IMG/VR virus record: IMGVR_UViG_3300049217_000071
Span: 124,001 to 188,000 of that record
DNA: 64,000 nucleotides
Reading direction: 5' to 3' (one strand)
Made by a program: the position numbers and the translations under genes. Of the stretch, positions 9,910-20,204 are shown piece after piece. The notes beneath the pieces were generated by a model, which was given only the letters and a program-made list of their open reading frames with translations, did no database searches and had not been told where the DNA came from. Positions within the stretch are counted from its first letter, which is position 1. Every line of letters starts with the position of its first letter.

Positions 9910-10611
9910 ATGTTGCCTCGGACGCCCTACGGTTGGATCTACGCCATCATCAATAATATCAATCAGAAGATCTACGTAGGTCAGACTAAACATCCTAAGA
10001 AACGATGGGGAGCGCATAAATCTGCCGCAAAGAAAAACTCTTACCCAATAAACAGGGCACTCACTAAATATGGCACTGATAATTTCACTTATCAGCTAAT
10101 TGAGCCTCATTCTACTCTAAACGATCTAAATGATGCAGAGGCTTATTGGATCCGATTATTAGGAACAATGAGATCGGAAATCGGGTATAATATCCGACCA
10201 GGTGGAAATGTCGAGGTTATTTCGGAAGAGAGTAGAAAAAAGATGAGCGAGGCTGGTAAGGGAAGGATAGTATCCGAAGAAACGAGACAGAAAATTAGTG
10301 CCACTACAAGTGGCCCAAATAATCACGCTTACGGAATACCTAAGTCAGAAACCACCAAACAAAAATTGAGACAGGCCAATAGTGGTCGTTATGATGGCGT
10401 TCCGCGTTCCAAAGAAATCAAGCAAAAGATAGGCAAGGCAAACGAGACGCCTCTTACCATATTACGGGAACGTAGTATTGCTGACAAATATGTTGGCGGT
10501 CTTTCTTTCCATAAACTCGCAAAAGAGTTCAACATAGACGAAAAAAGAGTGAAACGCATTCTGTTGGAACACGGCATTCCAATAAGGAAAGCTGGCCGAC
10601 AATCGAAATAA
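9910..10611 (+). mobile_element. GIY-YIG homing endonuclease with NUMOD3-like repeats
   Basis: GWIYAIIN...IYVGQT, IGYNI, SEETRQKIS repeats. Confidence 0.88.
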
Positions 10612-10632
10612 TAATCAAGCGGAGTTTTTTAA

Positions 10633-10905
10633 GTGAAACAATCAGTTCAAGCAGAATGTAGTTCGTGTGGCGGCACTGGCGTCTATTGTGGGTTTGCAGA
10701 GCCCAGAGGCACAGGCGTAGTGTGTCTCAATTGTAATGGCACCGGTTGTCGCACCATTGAATATACGCCTTTTACGGCCATCAAGAGACGCAATGATGTC
10801 AGCCAGGTGATGCGTTCTCGTGGAACCTTTATTGCTACTGGTGTGGGCCCGGGAGGTAATGCTATTACCTATGAGGACTTCCTAAATGGAAAGAGGCCTC
10901 AATGA
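10633..10905 (+). CDS. small protein with DnaJ-type CxxCxGxG zinc finger
   Basis: CSSCGGTG and CLNCNGTG. Confidence 0.7.
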   Translation: MKQSVQAECSSCGGTGVYCGFAEPRGTGVVCLNCNGTGCRTIEYTPFTAIKRRNDVSQVMRSRGTFIATGVGPGGNAITYEDFLNGKRPQ

Positions 10906-11258
10906 ATAAATCCGTCAAGAAAAGAAACGACAATAAGCTAATACTTACGGTTCCTGATAAAGAATACCAGATATTAGTTTTTGCTGCAAAGCATCAGTCA
11001 GGGACATACAAAGTTTTCCAACTAATGGTAGAGGCCCTGAACGATGGTACTTGGAAATTTTTGGATCTGCCTGGAATAAGATCAACAATCATAGCTTGCT
11101 TTGACTGCCTAAGAATACAGGAGCGCTATGATTTTCTTCTGAACGAATCAAAAGACACTTTATCTTATGACAAAGACGGCTTCTATCTAAATAAAGAGCA
11201 TAAATTCGAGACACTTGACGAAGTAAAAAGGGCACTAGAAAATAAGGCGTTCTTATGA
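10902..11258 (+). CDS. hypothetical protein (C-terminal module shared with next gene)
   Basis: Ends HKFETLDEVKRALENKAFL. Confidence 0.7.
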   Translation: MNKSVKKRNDNKLILTVPDKEYQILVFAAKHQSGTYKVFQLMVEALNDGTWKFLDLPGIRSTIIACFDCLRIQERYDFLLNESKDTLSYDKDGFYLNKEHKFETLDEVKRALENKAFL

Positions 11259-11560
11259 TGAAAGAGTATGAATTCGTATCAATAATGGCAGAAGGTTATA
11301 GCAATCGTTTCTCTAAAGCACTTGAAGCCGTTGTCTCGGCCATCAATAACAAACATTGCGATATGCTCAACTTGGCCGCTGTCAGGATAAGAGTAGAGGA
11401 AGCAATGCAGGCTTTGGAAGTCAAGGTGCGTTTTGATTCACTTGCTAGTCAGAAAAAAAACAAGCTAACCTGTAATAATGCTGGTTTCGATCTGGATGGC
11501 CATAAGTTCGAGACATTGGATGAAGTGGAAAAAGCATTAGAGAACAAAGCATTTTTGTAA
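11255..11560 (+). CDS. hypothetical protein (C-terminal module shared with previous gene)
   Basis: Ends HKFETLDEVEKALENKAFL. Confidence 0.7.
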   Translation: MMKEYEFVSIMAEGYSNRFSKALEAVVSAINNKHCDMLNLAAVRIRVEEAMQALEVKVRFDSLASQKKNKLTCNNAGFDLDGHKFETLDEVEKALENKAFL

Positions 11561-11571
11561 ACGAGGAAATT

Positions 11572-12504
11572 ATGATCAAGGTAGAAATGTTAGTCGGAAT
11601 ACCAGGCTGTGGTAAGAGCACCTACGCTAAGCAGGTGATCGCTAAGGATCCCTCCAACTGGGTTCGAGTCAACAACGATGATTTGCGAGCTATGTTCAAT
11701 GGTTCGGTGTGGTCATCCGATTACGAGAAGATCGTAACGGATGCGCGCAACTACCTGATCCGAGATGCCCTCAAGCGTGGTAAGAACGTGATGATTGACA
11801 ACTTGAACTTGAACCGTCGTCATTTCGATGATGTGTGCAAGATTGCCAAGACGGTCAACGTGGACGTGCAAGTCTTCGAGAAGGCTTTCTATATCGAATT
11901 GGAAGAGGCCATGGAACGCAACGCCAAGCGTGAAGGTGCGGCTCGTGTGCCCGATGATGTTATCAAGAAGTGGTGGAAAGAGTCGGGTAAGCAACAGTTC
12001 AAGTTTTACAAGCCACGAGTAGAGATCTATCAGGAGCGTAAGGGCAACGTCAATCAACCGATGGATGGGCCGGCTCACGATCCTTCTTTGCCAACCGCTG
12101 TTCTATGCGACTTGGATGGAACCTTGGCTTTGATTCACAACAGAGGCCCTTACGATGCTTCTGACTGTGATGTCAAAGATCTACCAAACAAACCCGTGGT
12201 GTCATCCGTCAAGATGTATCACGATAGTGGGCACAAGATTGTTTTCTGTTCAGGCCGTGAGCAAAAATACGAACCTGAGACCAGACGTTTCATTGAAAAG
12301 CATTTGCCTGATGTTGTATATGAATTGTATATGCGTAAGACAGATGATTTCAGAAAAGACGCAATCATAAAAGAAGAAATCTATTGTGCCAATATTGAGG
12401 GCAAGTATAATGTGCTACTCGTGTTGGACGATCGCACGAGTGTCGTAGCTTTTTGGCGTGAAAAGGGCCTCACCTGCTTCCAGGTAGCTCCCGGCGATTT
12501 CTAA
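11572..12504 (+). CDS. pseT: T4 PseT-like polynucleotide 5'-kinase/3'-phosphatase
   Basis: GIPGCGKST, VNNDDLR; LCDLDGTL, SGR, LDDR, FQVAPGDF. Confidence 0.92.
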   Translation: MIKVEMLVGIPGCGKSTYAKQVIAKDPSNWVRVNNDDLRAMFNGSVWSSDYEKIVTDARNYLIRDALKRGKNVMIDNLNLNRRHFDDVCKIAKTVNVDVQVFEKAFYIELEEAMERNAKREGAARVPDDVIKKWWKESGKQQFKFYKPRVEIYQERKGNVNQPMDGPAHDPSLPTAVLCDLDGTLALIHNRGPYDASDCDVKDLPNKPVVSSVKMYHDSGHKIVFCSGREQKYEPETRRFIEKHLPDVVYELYMRKTDDFRKDAIIKEEIYCANIEGKYNVLLVLDDRTSVVAFWREKGLTCFQVAPGDF

Positions 12505-12547
12505 CAAGTTCTGGGCATTTGACGATATATACAGTGGAGGTCGTCAA

Positions 12548-13357
12548 ATGCCCAGAGTATATTACAAGAGAAATTGTCCAGGCTGCGGGAACGAGCTAAC
12601 ATATAAACACGTCGTTTCCTTCGACTACGCTGCCAAACACGAACAGAAATGTTCTGCTTGTTCAGCCAAGCAAAGAGAAAGTAGTAAACACGCCCTCTCG
12701 CCTGAAACAATCAGTTCGATTTTGGAAATGAATGCTGGTGGAATTCTCAATAGAGAGATCGCGCGAACGCTCGGAATACATCATCGAACGGTATCTTACC
12801 ACCTAAAGAAAAGTGGTAGAGAACAGAATTGGGCCAATCAGCCCATCGATATGCTATCTGATAGCAAAGCAAGATGTCGAAAATGTGGAGACATCAGGTC
12901 TATCGATGAGTTTCAGTTTGGCCGCAAAGGGCAGAAGTATGAGTATAGATTTTCTTATTGCAACAAATGCCGCAAGAAACAAGCCTATCTAAACCTCAAC
13001 AGTGGCATTGATAAGTTTCTCATCGATAAGTATCATCGATTAGTCAATCGCGGCAAGAAACTTGATATCATTTGCACGGTCTCTTGTGAAGAGTTCATTG
13101 CCCAGTATCACAAACAGGAAGGTAAGTGCTTCTACACAGATGAAGAAATGGTCTGTGAGGTTGGAGCCGGCAAGCATAGGAACAGTTTATCAGTCGATAA
13201 GATCGTGCCAACGAAAGGTTATGTCGTTGGCAATTTCGTATTCGCTACCAATAAGATCAATACCTGTAAGAGCGACTTGACATTAGATGAGATCAAACGA
13301 TGGATGCCCGAGTGGTATGCAAGGATAGAGAAGTTTATTGGAGGTCGAAGGGGCTGA
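12548..13357 (+). mobile_element. Zn-finger/HTH homing endonuclease-like protein
   Basis: CxxC pairs, HTH (REIARTLGIHHRTV), CFYT...LSVDKIVPTKGYVVGN. Confidence 0.72.
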
Positions 13358-13428
13358 CTTGCTTTCAAGTTGCCGAAGGTGATTTTTGATTTTGGTTCTG
13401 GCATCTATCAATAATCTATTATATAGAC

Positions 13429-14106
13429 ATGAAGATTGCAGAAGATAAAATAAAACAGATCGTTGAACTACATAGTGCCGGCCTAATAGACAGAGAAATT
13501 GGTGAAAAGGTCGGCCTATGTAGTGACGCTATATATTATCATCGTAAAAGATTAGGTCTCCTCGCTAATGGGCCAACTAAAGGATCGTTGGTAATCAATA
13601 AAAAAGGCGATAGAAAATGTTCTAAATGTGGCAAGTTTTATCCCGTTGATCATTATGAAACTGATAATGCGGGCAGCGTAAGACGAACCTGTTGTTTTTG
13701 CAAGAAAAAAGCGAACAAGCAAAATTATATAGATACCAAATCCAGTTTAGAAAAAGCAATTACTTATCGATGTCGTTATTGGAAAAAGAGAGCGAAAGAT
13801 AACAATATACAGTATGACATAGACTATGATTATGTAATGAGTATTTTGCAACGACAAAATTATAAGTGCTTCTACTCCGGCAAAGAAATGTTGTTAGATG
13901 GCAATCGTGAAGATCATAATTATAGTTTGTCGATTGATCGTGTAATCCCAGAATTGGGATATGTAGAAGGAAATGTTGTCTTCTGTGTTCATAAGATAAA
14001 CTTGATCAAGAATAATATGACGCTGAAAGAAATCGAAGAGTGGACACCAAAGTTCTATCAGAAAATTGTGGAGTCTGATTTCCTCCGCTTGACGCCCTAT
14101 TTATAA
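13429..14106 (+). mobile_element. HTH/Zn-finger homing endonuclease-like protein, paralogous to previous
   Basis: DREIGEKVG HTH, CSKC, CFYSG...LSIDRVIPELGYVEGN. Confidence 0.72.
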
Positions 14107-14116
14107 AACTTATGAT

Positions 14117-14887
14117 ATGGCTATGTCAATCAAGCTGCCGCGAACGCTACACATTGAAGGTTCCCGCGTGCCTCACGGCACGGCCGATCCAGATGCTGTC
14201 CAATTTGCTAAGTTGGCTGAGCAATTTCTGGTGGTGGAAGAGAAGGTGGATGGCACGGGCGTCAGCATCTTCTTTGATGATCAGTTGAATCCTCAAGTTT
14301 GGCATCGAGGTGGTCGCGCTATTGGCAAAGAGTTTGATTACCTATACACATTAGTTGATCTTCACCAAGACGAACTCTTCGATCTATTGAGCGATCGATA
14401 TATTCTCTTTGGAGAGTGGATGTTGCATAAGCATACCATCTTCTATGATTGCTTGCCTCATTATTTTTTGGAGTCGGATATTTACGACCGTAAAGAGAAT
14501 ATATGGCTGTCTACGATGGCCAGAAATAATCTGTTGTCTAAGCAGAGTTTCGTCAGGCAGGTGCCAGTTATTGGTGCCTTGAAGCCAACGCGTTTGGACC
14601 AGCTTACCAACCTGATTGGTGAATCGCTATATCAGTCCAAATTCTGGCGAGCCAACTTATGGGCAGTTTGTGATAGGATGAGTCGGCCATTGAAGTCCGT
14701 ATTAGAACAAACAGACCAGTCAGGCCTGATGGAAGGGCTCTATATCAAACACGAGGACGATAACCAAGTTATTGGACGCTATAAGTATGTACGCTATGAG
14801 TTCTTAGAGGCGATTCTCAAATCGGGCTCTCACCTAATTGATAGGGAACCCATTCACAATATCTCTGTCGGAGGTTATAGCTATTAG
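14117..14887 (+). CDS. RNA ligase family protein (ATP-dependent nucleotidyltransferase)
   Basis: Motif I EEKVDG, LFGEW, MEGLYIK, YKYVR. Confidence 0.85.
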   Translation: MAMSIKLPRTLHIEGSRVPHGTADPDAVQFAKLAEQFLVVEEKVDGTGVSIFFDDQLNPQVWHRGGRAIGKEFDYLYTLVDLHQDELFDLLSDRYILFGEWMLHKHTIFYDCLPHYFLESDIYDRKENIWLSTMARNNLLSKQSFVRQVPVIGALKPTRLDQLTNLIGESLYQSKFWRANLWAVCDRMSRPLKSVLEQTDQSGLMEGLYIKHEDDNQVIGRYKYVRYEFLEAILKSGSHLIDREPIHNISVGGYSY

Positions 14888-14895
14888 CTATAAGC

Positions 14896-15141
14896 GTGGC
14901 TATGTTAGTTGCAGCTCTTGTTATCTTGTTTGGGGCCATTGTTCTCAGTATGTTTGTGGGTTGGATTATCCGCATCTTCATCTTCTGTGGCTTTTGGTTC
15001 CTGTCATATTGGTGGCTCTTGGGTAATGTCCCGTGGGCAAAAGGGATTGCCTTGACGTTTGGAACGGGCTTTACCATTAGTTGGGCGGCAATGATTCCGT
15101 CCATCATCTGTTTTCTGTGTCTAATGTTTACCAGGGAGTAA
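14896..15141 (+). CDS. small membrane protein
   Basis: Largely hydrophobic 81-aa ORF. Confidence 0.65.
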   Translation: MAMLVAALVILFGAIVLSMFVGWIIRIFIFCGFWFLSYWWLLGNVPWAKGIALTFGTGFTISWAAMIPSIICFLCLMFTRE

Positions 15142-15145
15142 GACA

Positions 15146-15571
15146 ATGAGTCGTTGGGTCAAAGAAACCGGCTTCTTGAATGAAGAGGGCGAAAAAGCTA
15201 TGCAAGGTTTCAAGATGGCTTTGGAGGAGCTTTTGAATCAACCGGAAGCTCAGGCTATGAGTGAAGGCGAACTGCGAACCCTTGGGTGTTGCTTACAGAA
15301 CATTGTGGGCAATACAATGTCTAACACTATCAGGGCAGCGAAACAAAATACTGGACCGCTCTTTAGTATGACAGACGAACAATTCGATAAGCATCTACAA
15401 GACAAATACGGGGCAGATTGGATGCTCAAGGCTTTGGAGCCTGATGAGATGAAACGAGCCTTGCTACAGACCTCGGTAGTTGATCTCTTGAAAGAAGTGT
15501 TCCAAAGCGAATACATTCACTTTCCACAACACGGAGTGCGTTTTCCGAAAGGAGGGCCAACATACAAATGA
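15146..15571 (+). CDS. hypothetical protein
   Basis: 141-aa ORF. Confidence 0.7.
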   Translation: MSRWVKETGFLNEEGEKAMQGFKMALEELLNQPEAQAMSEGELRTLGCCLQNIVGNTMSNTIRAAKQNTGPLFSMTDEQFDKHLQDKYGADWMLKALEPDEMKRALLQTSVVDLLKEVFQSEYIHFPQHGVRFPKGGPTYK

Positions 15572-16815
15572 AGAAGCTGTTAGTCCAGGAATACCTGGAA
15601 ACCAAGACGTTTGGGGATCTGGTGCGAGACCATGGAGTCTATGCATCATTTTCCAAGTCAGGTCATAAGTTCTCTTTGAACTATGATCAGATTGAAGCAA
15701 AGGAAGCTGATCCTTTGGCACAGGAGTGCCGCGGACTCATTTTGTCCGCTCATGGTCGTGCTTTCGATTTTCAAGCTAAGGAAATCAATGGTCGTTTGAA
15801 CTATGACCACATTTCCCCGGGCGAGACCTATATTCTGGCTTACCCAATGAAAAGATTCTTCAATCACGGACAAGGTTCGGCCGCTGCCATTGACTGGGCA
15901 GATCCTAAGCTGGCTGTTCTAGAAAAGTTGGATGGAACTCTCTGCATTGTGTATCACGATGAGTTTCTCAATCTATGGTGCGTGGCAACTCGCTCCGTGC
16001 CTGAGGCCGATTTGCTGATGGATAATGGACTCTTCACTTTCCGAACTTTGTTCGAGAAGGCAATGCAAGAAACTTGCAAATTCACTTTCAATGATCTGTC
16101 TTCCTACTTGGATAAGTCATATACCTACTGTTTCGAGCTAACGACCCCATACAATCGTATTGTGGTCTCTTATCCGAAGAATGGAATAACGTTGTTATCT
16201 GCTCGCAATCTCAAAACGTTGCAAGAAGAGGATCCGGCTGGTCTTGGATTGTCTACGGTAATTGGTATACCGGTTGTGCAGGCTCATACCTACACCACTT
16301 TGGATGAACTGCTGACTTGGGTGTCTTCCTTGAACCCAATGGAGCACGAAGGCGTGGTAGTCCGAGATGCTAACTTCAATCGCATCAAGGTCAAGAACGC
16401 TGCTTATGTGGCTTACAACAAAGTCCGTGATACCTTGGCGGCTTCCGAACGCAACTGCGTGGAATTGATTCTGGCGGAGAAGGACGATGATGTTGTTGCT
16501 TTTTTGCCAGAGGAGATCGTTAAGAATCTTCAGAAGATCAAGGCGGGGCTACAGGTAGCCATTAGGCAACACGATAATGCTTACCTGGCTGCGAAGGCGC
16601 AAGCTGACGCAACTCTACCTGGGGACAAGAAGACCTTTGCTATTCTGGTAACTCAGAACAAAGATCTGTGGACGGCCCCCTTCTTCAATATGTTCGATGG
16701 AAAGTCTGTCAATATGAAGGACTTCATTCAGAAGAACCGTAAGGATGGAACCTGGGGTAATTCCTTCCTGGACAAAATGTTGGAGATGTCCAAGCATTAT
16801 TCCACTGAAGCATAA
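15568..16815 (+). CDS. T4 Rnl1-like RNA ligase
   Basis: ECRGLIL, KRFFNHG, EKLDGT, CFELTTPYNRIVV, EGVVV, KVKNAAY. Confidence 0.9.
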   Translation: MKKLLVQEYLETKTFGDLVRDHGVYASFSKSGHKFSLNYDQIEAKEADPLAQECRGLILSAHGRAFDFQAKEINGRLNYDHISPGETYILAYPMKRFFNHGQGSAAAIDWADPKLAVLEKLDGTLCIVYHDEFLNLWCVATRSVPEADLLMDNGLFTFRTLFEKAMQETCKFTFNDLSSYLDKSYTYCFELTTPYNRIVVSYPKNGITLLSARNLKTLQEEDPAGLGLSTVIGIPVVQAHTYTTLDELLTWVSSLNPMEHEGVVVRDANFNRIKVKNAAYVAYNKVRDTLAASERNCVELILAEKDDDVVAFLPEEIVKNLQKIKAGLQVAIRQHDNAYLAAKAQADATLPGDKKTFAILVTQNKDLWTAPFFNMFDGKSVNMKDFIQKNRKDGTWGNSFLDKMLEMSKHYSTEA

Positions 16816-16830
16816 TGATATATACTATGT

Positions 16831-17553
16831 ATGGGTAGCTCCTACGTATATGAGAATGAAGATAGCACAGATAGTCTAAGGTGGCTGGATAAGCTGGGTG
16901 ATGAACCCAGTGAGAAACCTAGTTTCAAGCTGACCTTTTTGGAAAAGCTACAAGACGAAATCATCCAATCGGGTGATGCTGCCTTAGCCTATTTCTTTGC
17001 TAACGATTTCGCTTATAAAACCTATCGAATGCAGAAGGTGGTGCTGGATAAAAAGGATGCTAAATACGCTTTCTTTTTTGCCCTCAATATCAAGAATGCT
17101 GATATCAAAGCTTTACAGGGTATTGTTTTAGGTTCTAAGAAACTCAAATACATTGCTAAGTTTGCTTGTTTTGTCAAACAAGCCGACCGTAAGCCACTGG
17201 AAAACTTCATTATCAAATCCAAAAGCGTCAAATACAATGATATGCTCTTGAAACATATCAAGGGGATGGATGCCAAAAAGATCAAAGACATCATCCTCGC
17301 TTCTGGTAAGCCTCGTTATCTATTTGAGTTAGCTAAGCATCTAACTACGGCTTCTGATATTGAACAGGTAGAAGACTTGATAATCAAATCTAATTCATTC
17401 ACCTATATGAGGTTGTTCGCGGAAAAGATCAAGAAAGCTAACGTTGAGAAAATTGAGCAGGCAGTTTTGGCTACCGAGAACGAAACGGAGATCAAGAAGT
17501 TCGCTCGATACGTTCGTGGATCGAAAATGAGGCAATTTTTGTTAGTATGGTAA
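16831..17553 (+). CDS. hypothetical protein with internal helical repeats
   Basis: Repeated AxYxxxFA/IxxA units. Confidence 0.7.
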   Translation: MGSSYVYENEDSTDSLRWLDKLGDEPSEKPSFKLTFLEKLQDEIIQSGDAALAYFFANDFAYKTYRMQKVVLDKKDAKYAFFFALNIKNADIKALQGIVLGSKKLKYIAKFACFVKQADRKPLENFIIKSKSVKYNDMLLKHIKGMDAKKIKDIILASGKPRYLFELAKHLTTASDIEQVEDLIIKSNSFTYMRLFAEKIKKANVEKIEQAVLATENETEIKKFARYVRGSKMRQFLLVW

Positions 17554-18203
17554 GGTTGATAATGCGCCAATTCGTATGGTCTCTGATTTTTGCCATTGGT
17601 TTGCTTTTTCTGTTCGCTCAGGTGGCTATGCCCATCCTTCAGCGTCCACAAACGGTATATCGACTCCCCGTTCACAAAACCCTGTATATTGCGCGCAATA
17701 TCCCGGATGAGGAGATGGCCTATATTTTAGAAGCCGCCTTGGAATGGAATACCGTGTCCAACGGAGAGATTACTTTCGACTTGCGTAGGATGCCGGTCAA
17801 GAATATGAGTCCTGGCGATTCTATCGTTATCCTCAATGTAACGCCCGATTATCCTGACATCATCATCTCCGACAATATCAATAAGTCCCAAACTCTTGGA
17901 CTTCATAATAGTCAGGTAGGTTTGGAATACATCGTTTTAGTTCCTGCTCGATTAGAAAAGGAACATATCACCGAAGTGGTGCTTCACGAGTTGGGGCACG
18001 CTTTGGGTATGAAACATATTGAGGGCATCGATGGTATAGGGTGTTTGATGTATCCTAATATTGATGAGGGATGCGATCACATTACCAATACCGACCTAAC
18101 TTATCTGTGCCAACTTTATCATTGTGATGCGAGCAAATTCCATGAACTCCCCGAAATACAACAGAACGTTTCATTTCCCTTTCTCCCCAGGGGCCACCAA
18201 TGA
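17547..18203 (+). CDS. matrixin-like metzincin metalloprotease
   Basis: N-terminal TM/signal; HELGHALGMKH, CLMYP Met-turn. Confidence 0.85.
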   Translation: MVRLIMRQFVWSLIFAIGLLFLFAQVAMPILQRPQTVYRLPVHKTLYIARNIPDEEMAYILEAALEWNTVSNGEITFDLRRMPVKNMSPGDSIVILNVTPDYPDIIISDNINKSQTLGLHNSQVGLEYIVLVPARLEKEHITEVVLHELGHALGMKHIEGIDGIGCLMYPNIDEGCDHITNTDLTYLCQLYHCDASKFHELPEIQQNVSFPFLPRGHQ

Positions 18204-18837
18204 CGATAAGATAGCTACGTCTATGGATCGTCTTATTGGCGTGCCTATCGTCTTGACCGAGAAAATGGATGGCTCTAATACCTCTTTAGAGCGTGAGGGA
18301 TGTTTTGCCCGTACTCACGCTGGAGCCCCCACACACAAATCTTTTGATCAGCTCAAGGCCTTGCATGCTACTATAAAACATTTGCTACCAAAGCACATAC
18401 AATATTTTGGTGAGTGGTGCTATGCCAAACACTCTATTGCTTATGAAGAGTTGCCCGGATATTTTCTAATGTTTGGTATTAGGGAGCTGCAAATTGCAGG
18501 ATACAATATAGGCGGGAAAGAAGGAGAAGATTTATCGTATTGGTATGATTGGCAAACAGTTGAAGATATGGCAACTATATTAGGCGTTCATACTGTGCCA
18601 GTTTTGTTCAAGGGACAAGTTTCCTCTGAAAAAGAACTACAAGAGTTAGTGGAAAGGTTGATGAAGCAGCCTTCGGTTTGTGGTGGCGTTCGAGAAGGCG
18701 TAGTGGCCAGAGTGAACGGCACTTTCAAGGAACCAGAGTTTTCCTCTTGCGTGATGAAGTGTGTCAGAGCTAATCACGTGCAAACCACCGAACATTGGAA
18801 GGACCAAGAAATTACGAAGAATAAACTCAAGTTATAA
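18142..18837 (+). CDS. RNA ligase family protein
   Basis: KYNRTFHFPFS, TEKMDGSN, FGEW, REGVVAR, KCVRANH. Confidence 0.87.
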   Translation: MNSPKYNRTFHFPFSPGATNDDKIATSMDRLIGVPIVLTEKMDGSNTSLEREGCFARTHAGAPTHKSFDQLKALHATIKHLLPKHIQYFGEWCYAKHSIAYEELPGYFLMFGIRELQIAGYNIGGKEGEDLSYWYDWQTVEDMATILGVHTVPVLFKGQVSSEKELQELVERLMKQPSVCGGVREGVVARVNGTFKEPEFSSCVMKCVRANHVQTTEHWKDQEITKNKLKL

Positions 18838-18846
18838 GTCAGGCAC

Positions 18847-18874
18847 TTGACAGGCCGAGCCTACGGCTTATCAT
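18847..18874 (+). promoter_or_regulatory. sigma70-type promoter
   Basis: TTGACA-N16-TATCAT in the intergenic gap. Confidence 0.6.
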
Positions 18875-18938
18875 AGTGAATATCGAGACATAAAGGCACA
18901 GCGGCATAAAGCGGAAGCGGAAAGGAAATTGAGACTAA

Positions 18939-19661
18939 ATGGAAGATAAATTACGCACCATAGTGATCGGTGATATTCACGGTTGTATTGAGGAGTTTGA
19001 CGAATTGGTCAAGAAACTCTCTTACGACAAAAACACAGATAGACTTATTTTGGCTGGCGATTTGATTGATCGAGGTCCTGATTCAGTAGCGGTAGTGGCG
19101 AGAGCCCGAGAGATGGATTTGGAATGTGTCATGGGCAACCACGACTACAAGTTCATGAAGTGGTTCCGTAGCTCTGGATCCCGCAACGATGTCTATGACA
19201 AACGAGCCCACTACACACAGTTATCCGATCTGGACATCGCATACATTGCTAGAATGTCAGACTACATCGAATTGCCTACTGCAATCGTAGTTCATGCCGG
19301 GTTGAAGCCCGGCATTCCTTTATCTAAACAGAGGAAAGACGATCTCTTCTACCTCCGATATACGGATGCTAACAGGAAGTTCATAAGCCTGAAGCAAATC
19401 AACAAGATAGGTAAAGAAGAGCTGGGCGCTGTTTTTTGGACAGAGTTTGGACCCTTCGGGAAGGACGTGGTCTTTGGACACAACGTCTTCTCTTATGAAG
19501 ATCCATTCATCCATCGCTTTGACGATGGCACCGCTTGTTATGGCATTGACACTGGCGCCTGTTTCGGTGGTCGCCTAACAGCATTGATATTGGAGACCAA
19601 GGAGTTAGTACAGGTGCAAGCTAAGCAGGTTTACTACAAGTCTGATTTTGACATACGATGA
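18939..19661 (+). CDS. PPP-family metallophosphoesterase
   Basis: GDIHG, GDLIDRG, GNHD, HAG, FGH, IDTG. Confidence 0.92.
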   Translation: MEDKLRTIVIGDIHGCIEEFDELVKKLSYDKNTDRLILAGDLIDRGPDSVAVVARAREMDLECVMGNHDYKFMKWFRSSGSRNDVYDKRAHYTQLSDLDIAYIARMSDYIELPTAIVVHAGLKPGIPLSKQRKDDLFYLRYTDANRKFISLKQINKIGKEELGAVFWTEFGPFGKDVVFGHNVFSYEDPFIHRFDDGTACYGIDTGACFGGRLTALILETKELVQVQAKQVYYKSDFDIR

Positions 19662-19670
19662 GGAGACGAG

Positions 19671-20189
19671 ATGAAGGAACTAAAAGCTGATCTGTTCGAA
19701 GTCATTTACGATAAGAGTGTGGATGCTATCTGCATCACCACCAACGCTCATTATACTTCAAATGGGCAAGCTGCGATGGGCGGGGGATGTGCTGGCGTAT
19801 GTGCAAGACGATGGCCCGAGACTTCTTTTAGGTTAGGCACGTGTCTGAAAAACTTTGGCACTAACGTTCCTTTTGTCATCGGTGCTTTGGATGAGCGGGC
19901 TAATTACCTGGAGCCCAAGATGAAAATGATCAGGGACAGAAAGTATAAGTGCCTCATCTTTAGCTTCCCCACCATCGATGACTTGATGGATGGCGCAAAG
20001 CTCGATCTCATTCGGAACTCGGCCAAAGAGTTGAAGGTTTTGGTGGATCGCTTCGAGTTGAGGGGCGTAATGGTTCCCCGTCCTGGAGTAGGCATTGGAG
20101 GTCTGGATTGGAGTCTGGTCAAGCCTCTTTTGACAGAGCATTTCGATGACCGATTCACAATTGTTTCTTTTGAGCACGAAGCCCCCTAA
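19671..20189 (+). CDS. macro domain (ADP-ribosylglycohydrolase-like) protein
   Basis: ADLF, ITTN, MGGGCA, FPT, PRPGVGIGGLDW. Confidence 0.8.
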   Translation: MKELKADLFEVIYDKSVDAICITTNAHYTSNGQAAMGGGCAGVCARRWPETSFRLGTCLKNFGTNVPFVIGALDERANYLEPKMKMIRDRKYKCLIFSFPTIDDLMDGAKLDLIRNSAKELKVLVDRFELRGVMVPRPGVGIGGLDWSLVKPLLTEHFDDRFTIVSFEHEAP

Positions 20190-20204
20190 GTTATATGATA
20201 GGGT

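Noticed and set aside
9874-14106. Group I introns or inteins housing the endonucleases
   Set aside because: Flanking genes end with normal family C-termini, spacers are too short for an intron core, and no intein splice motifs were seen.
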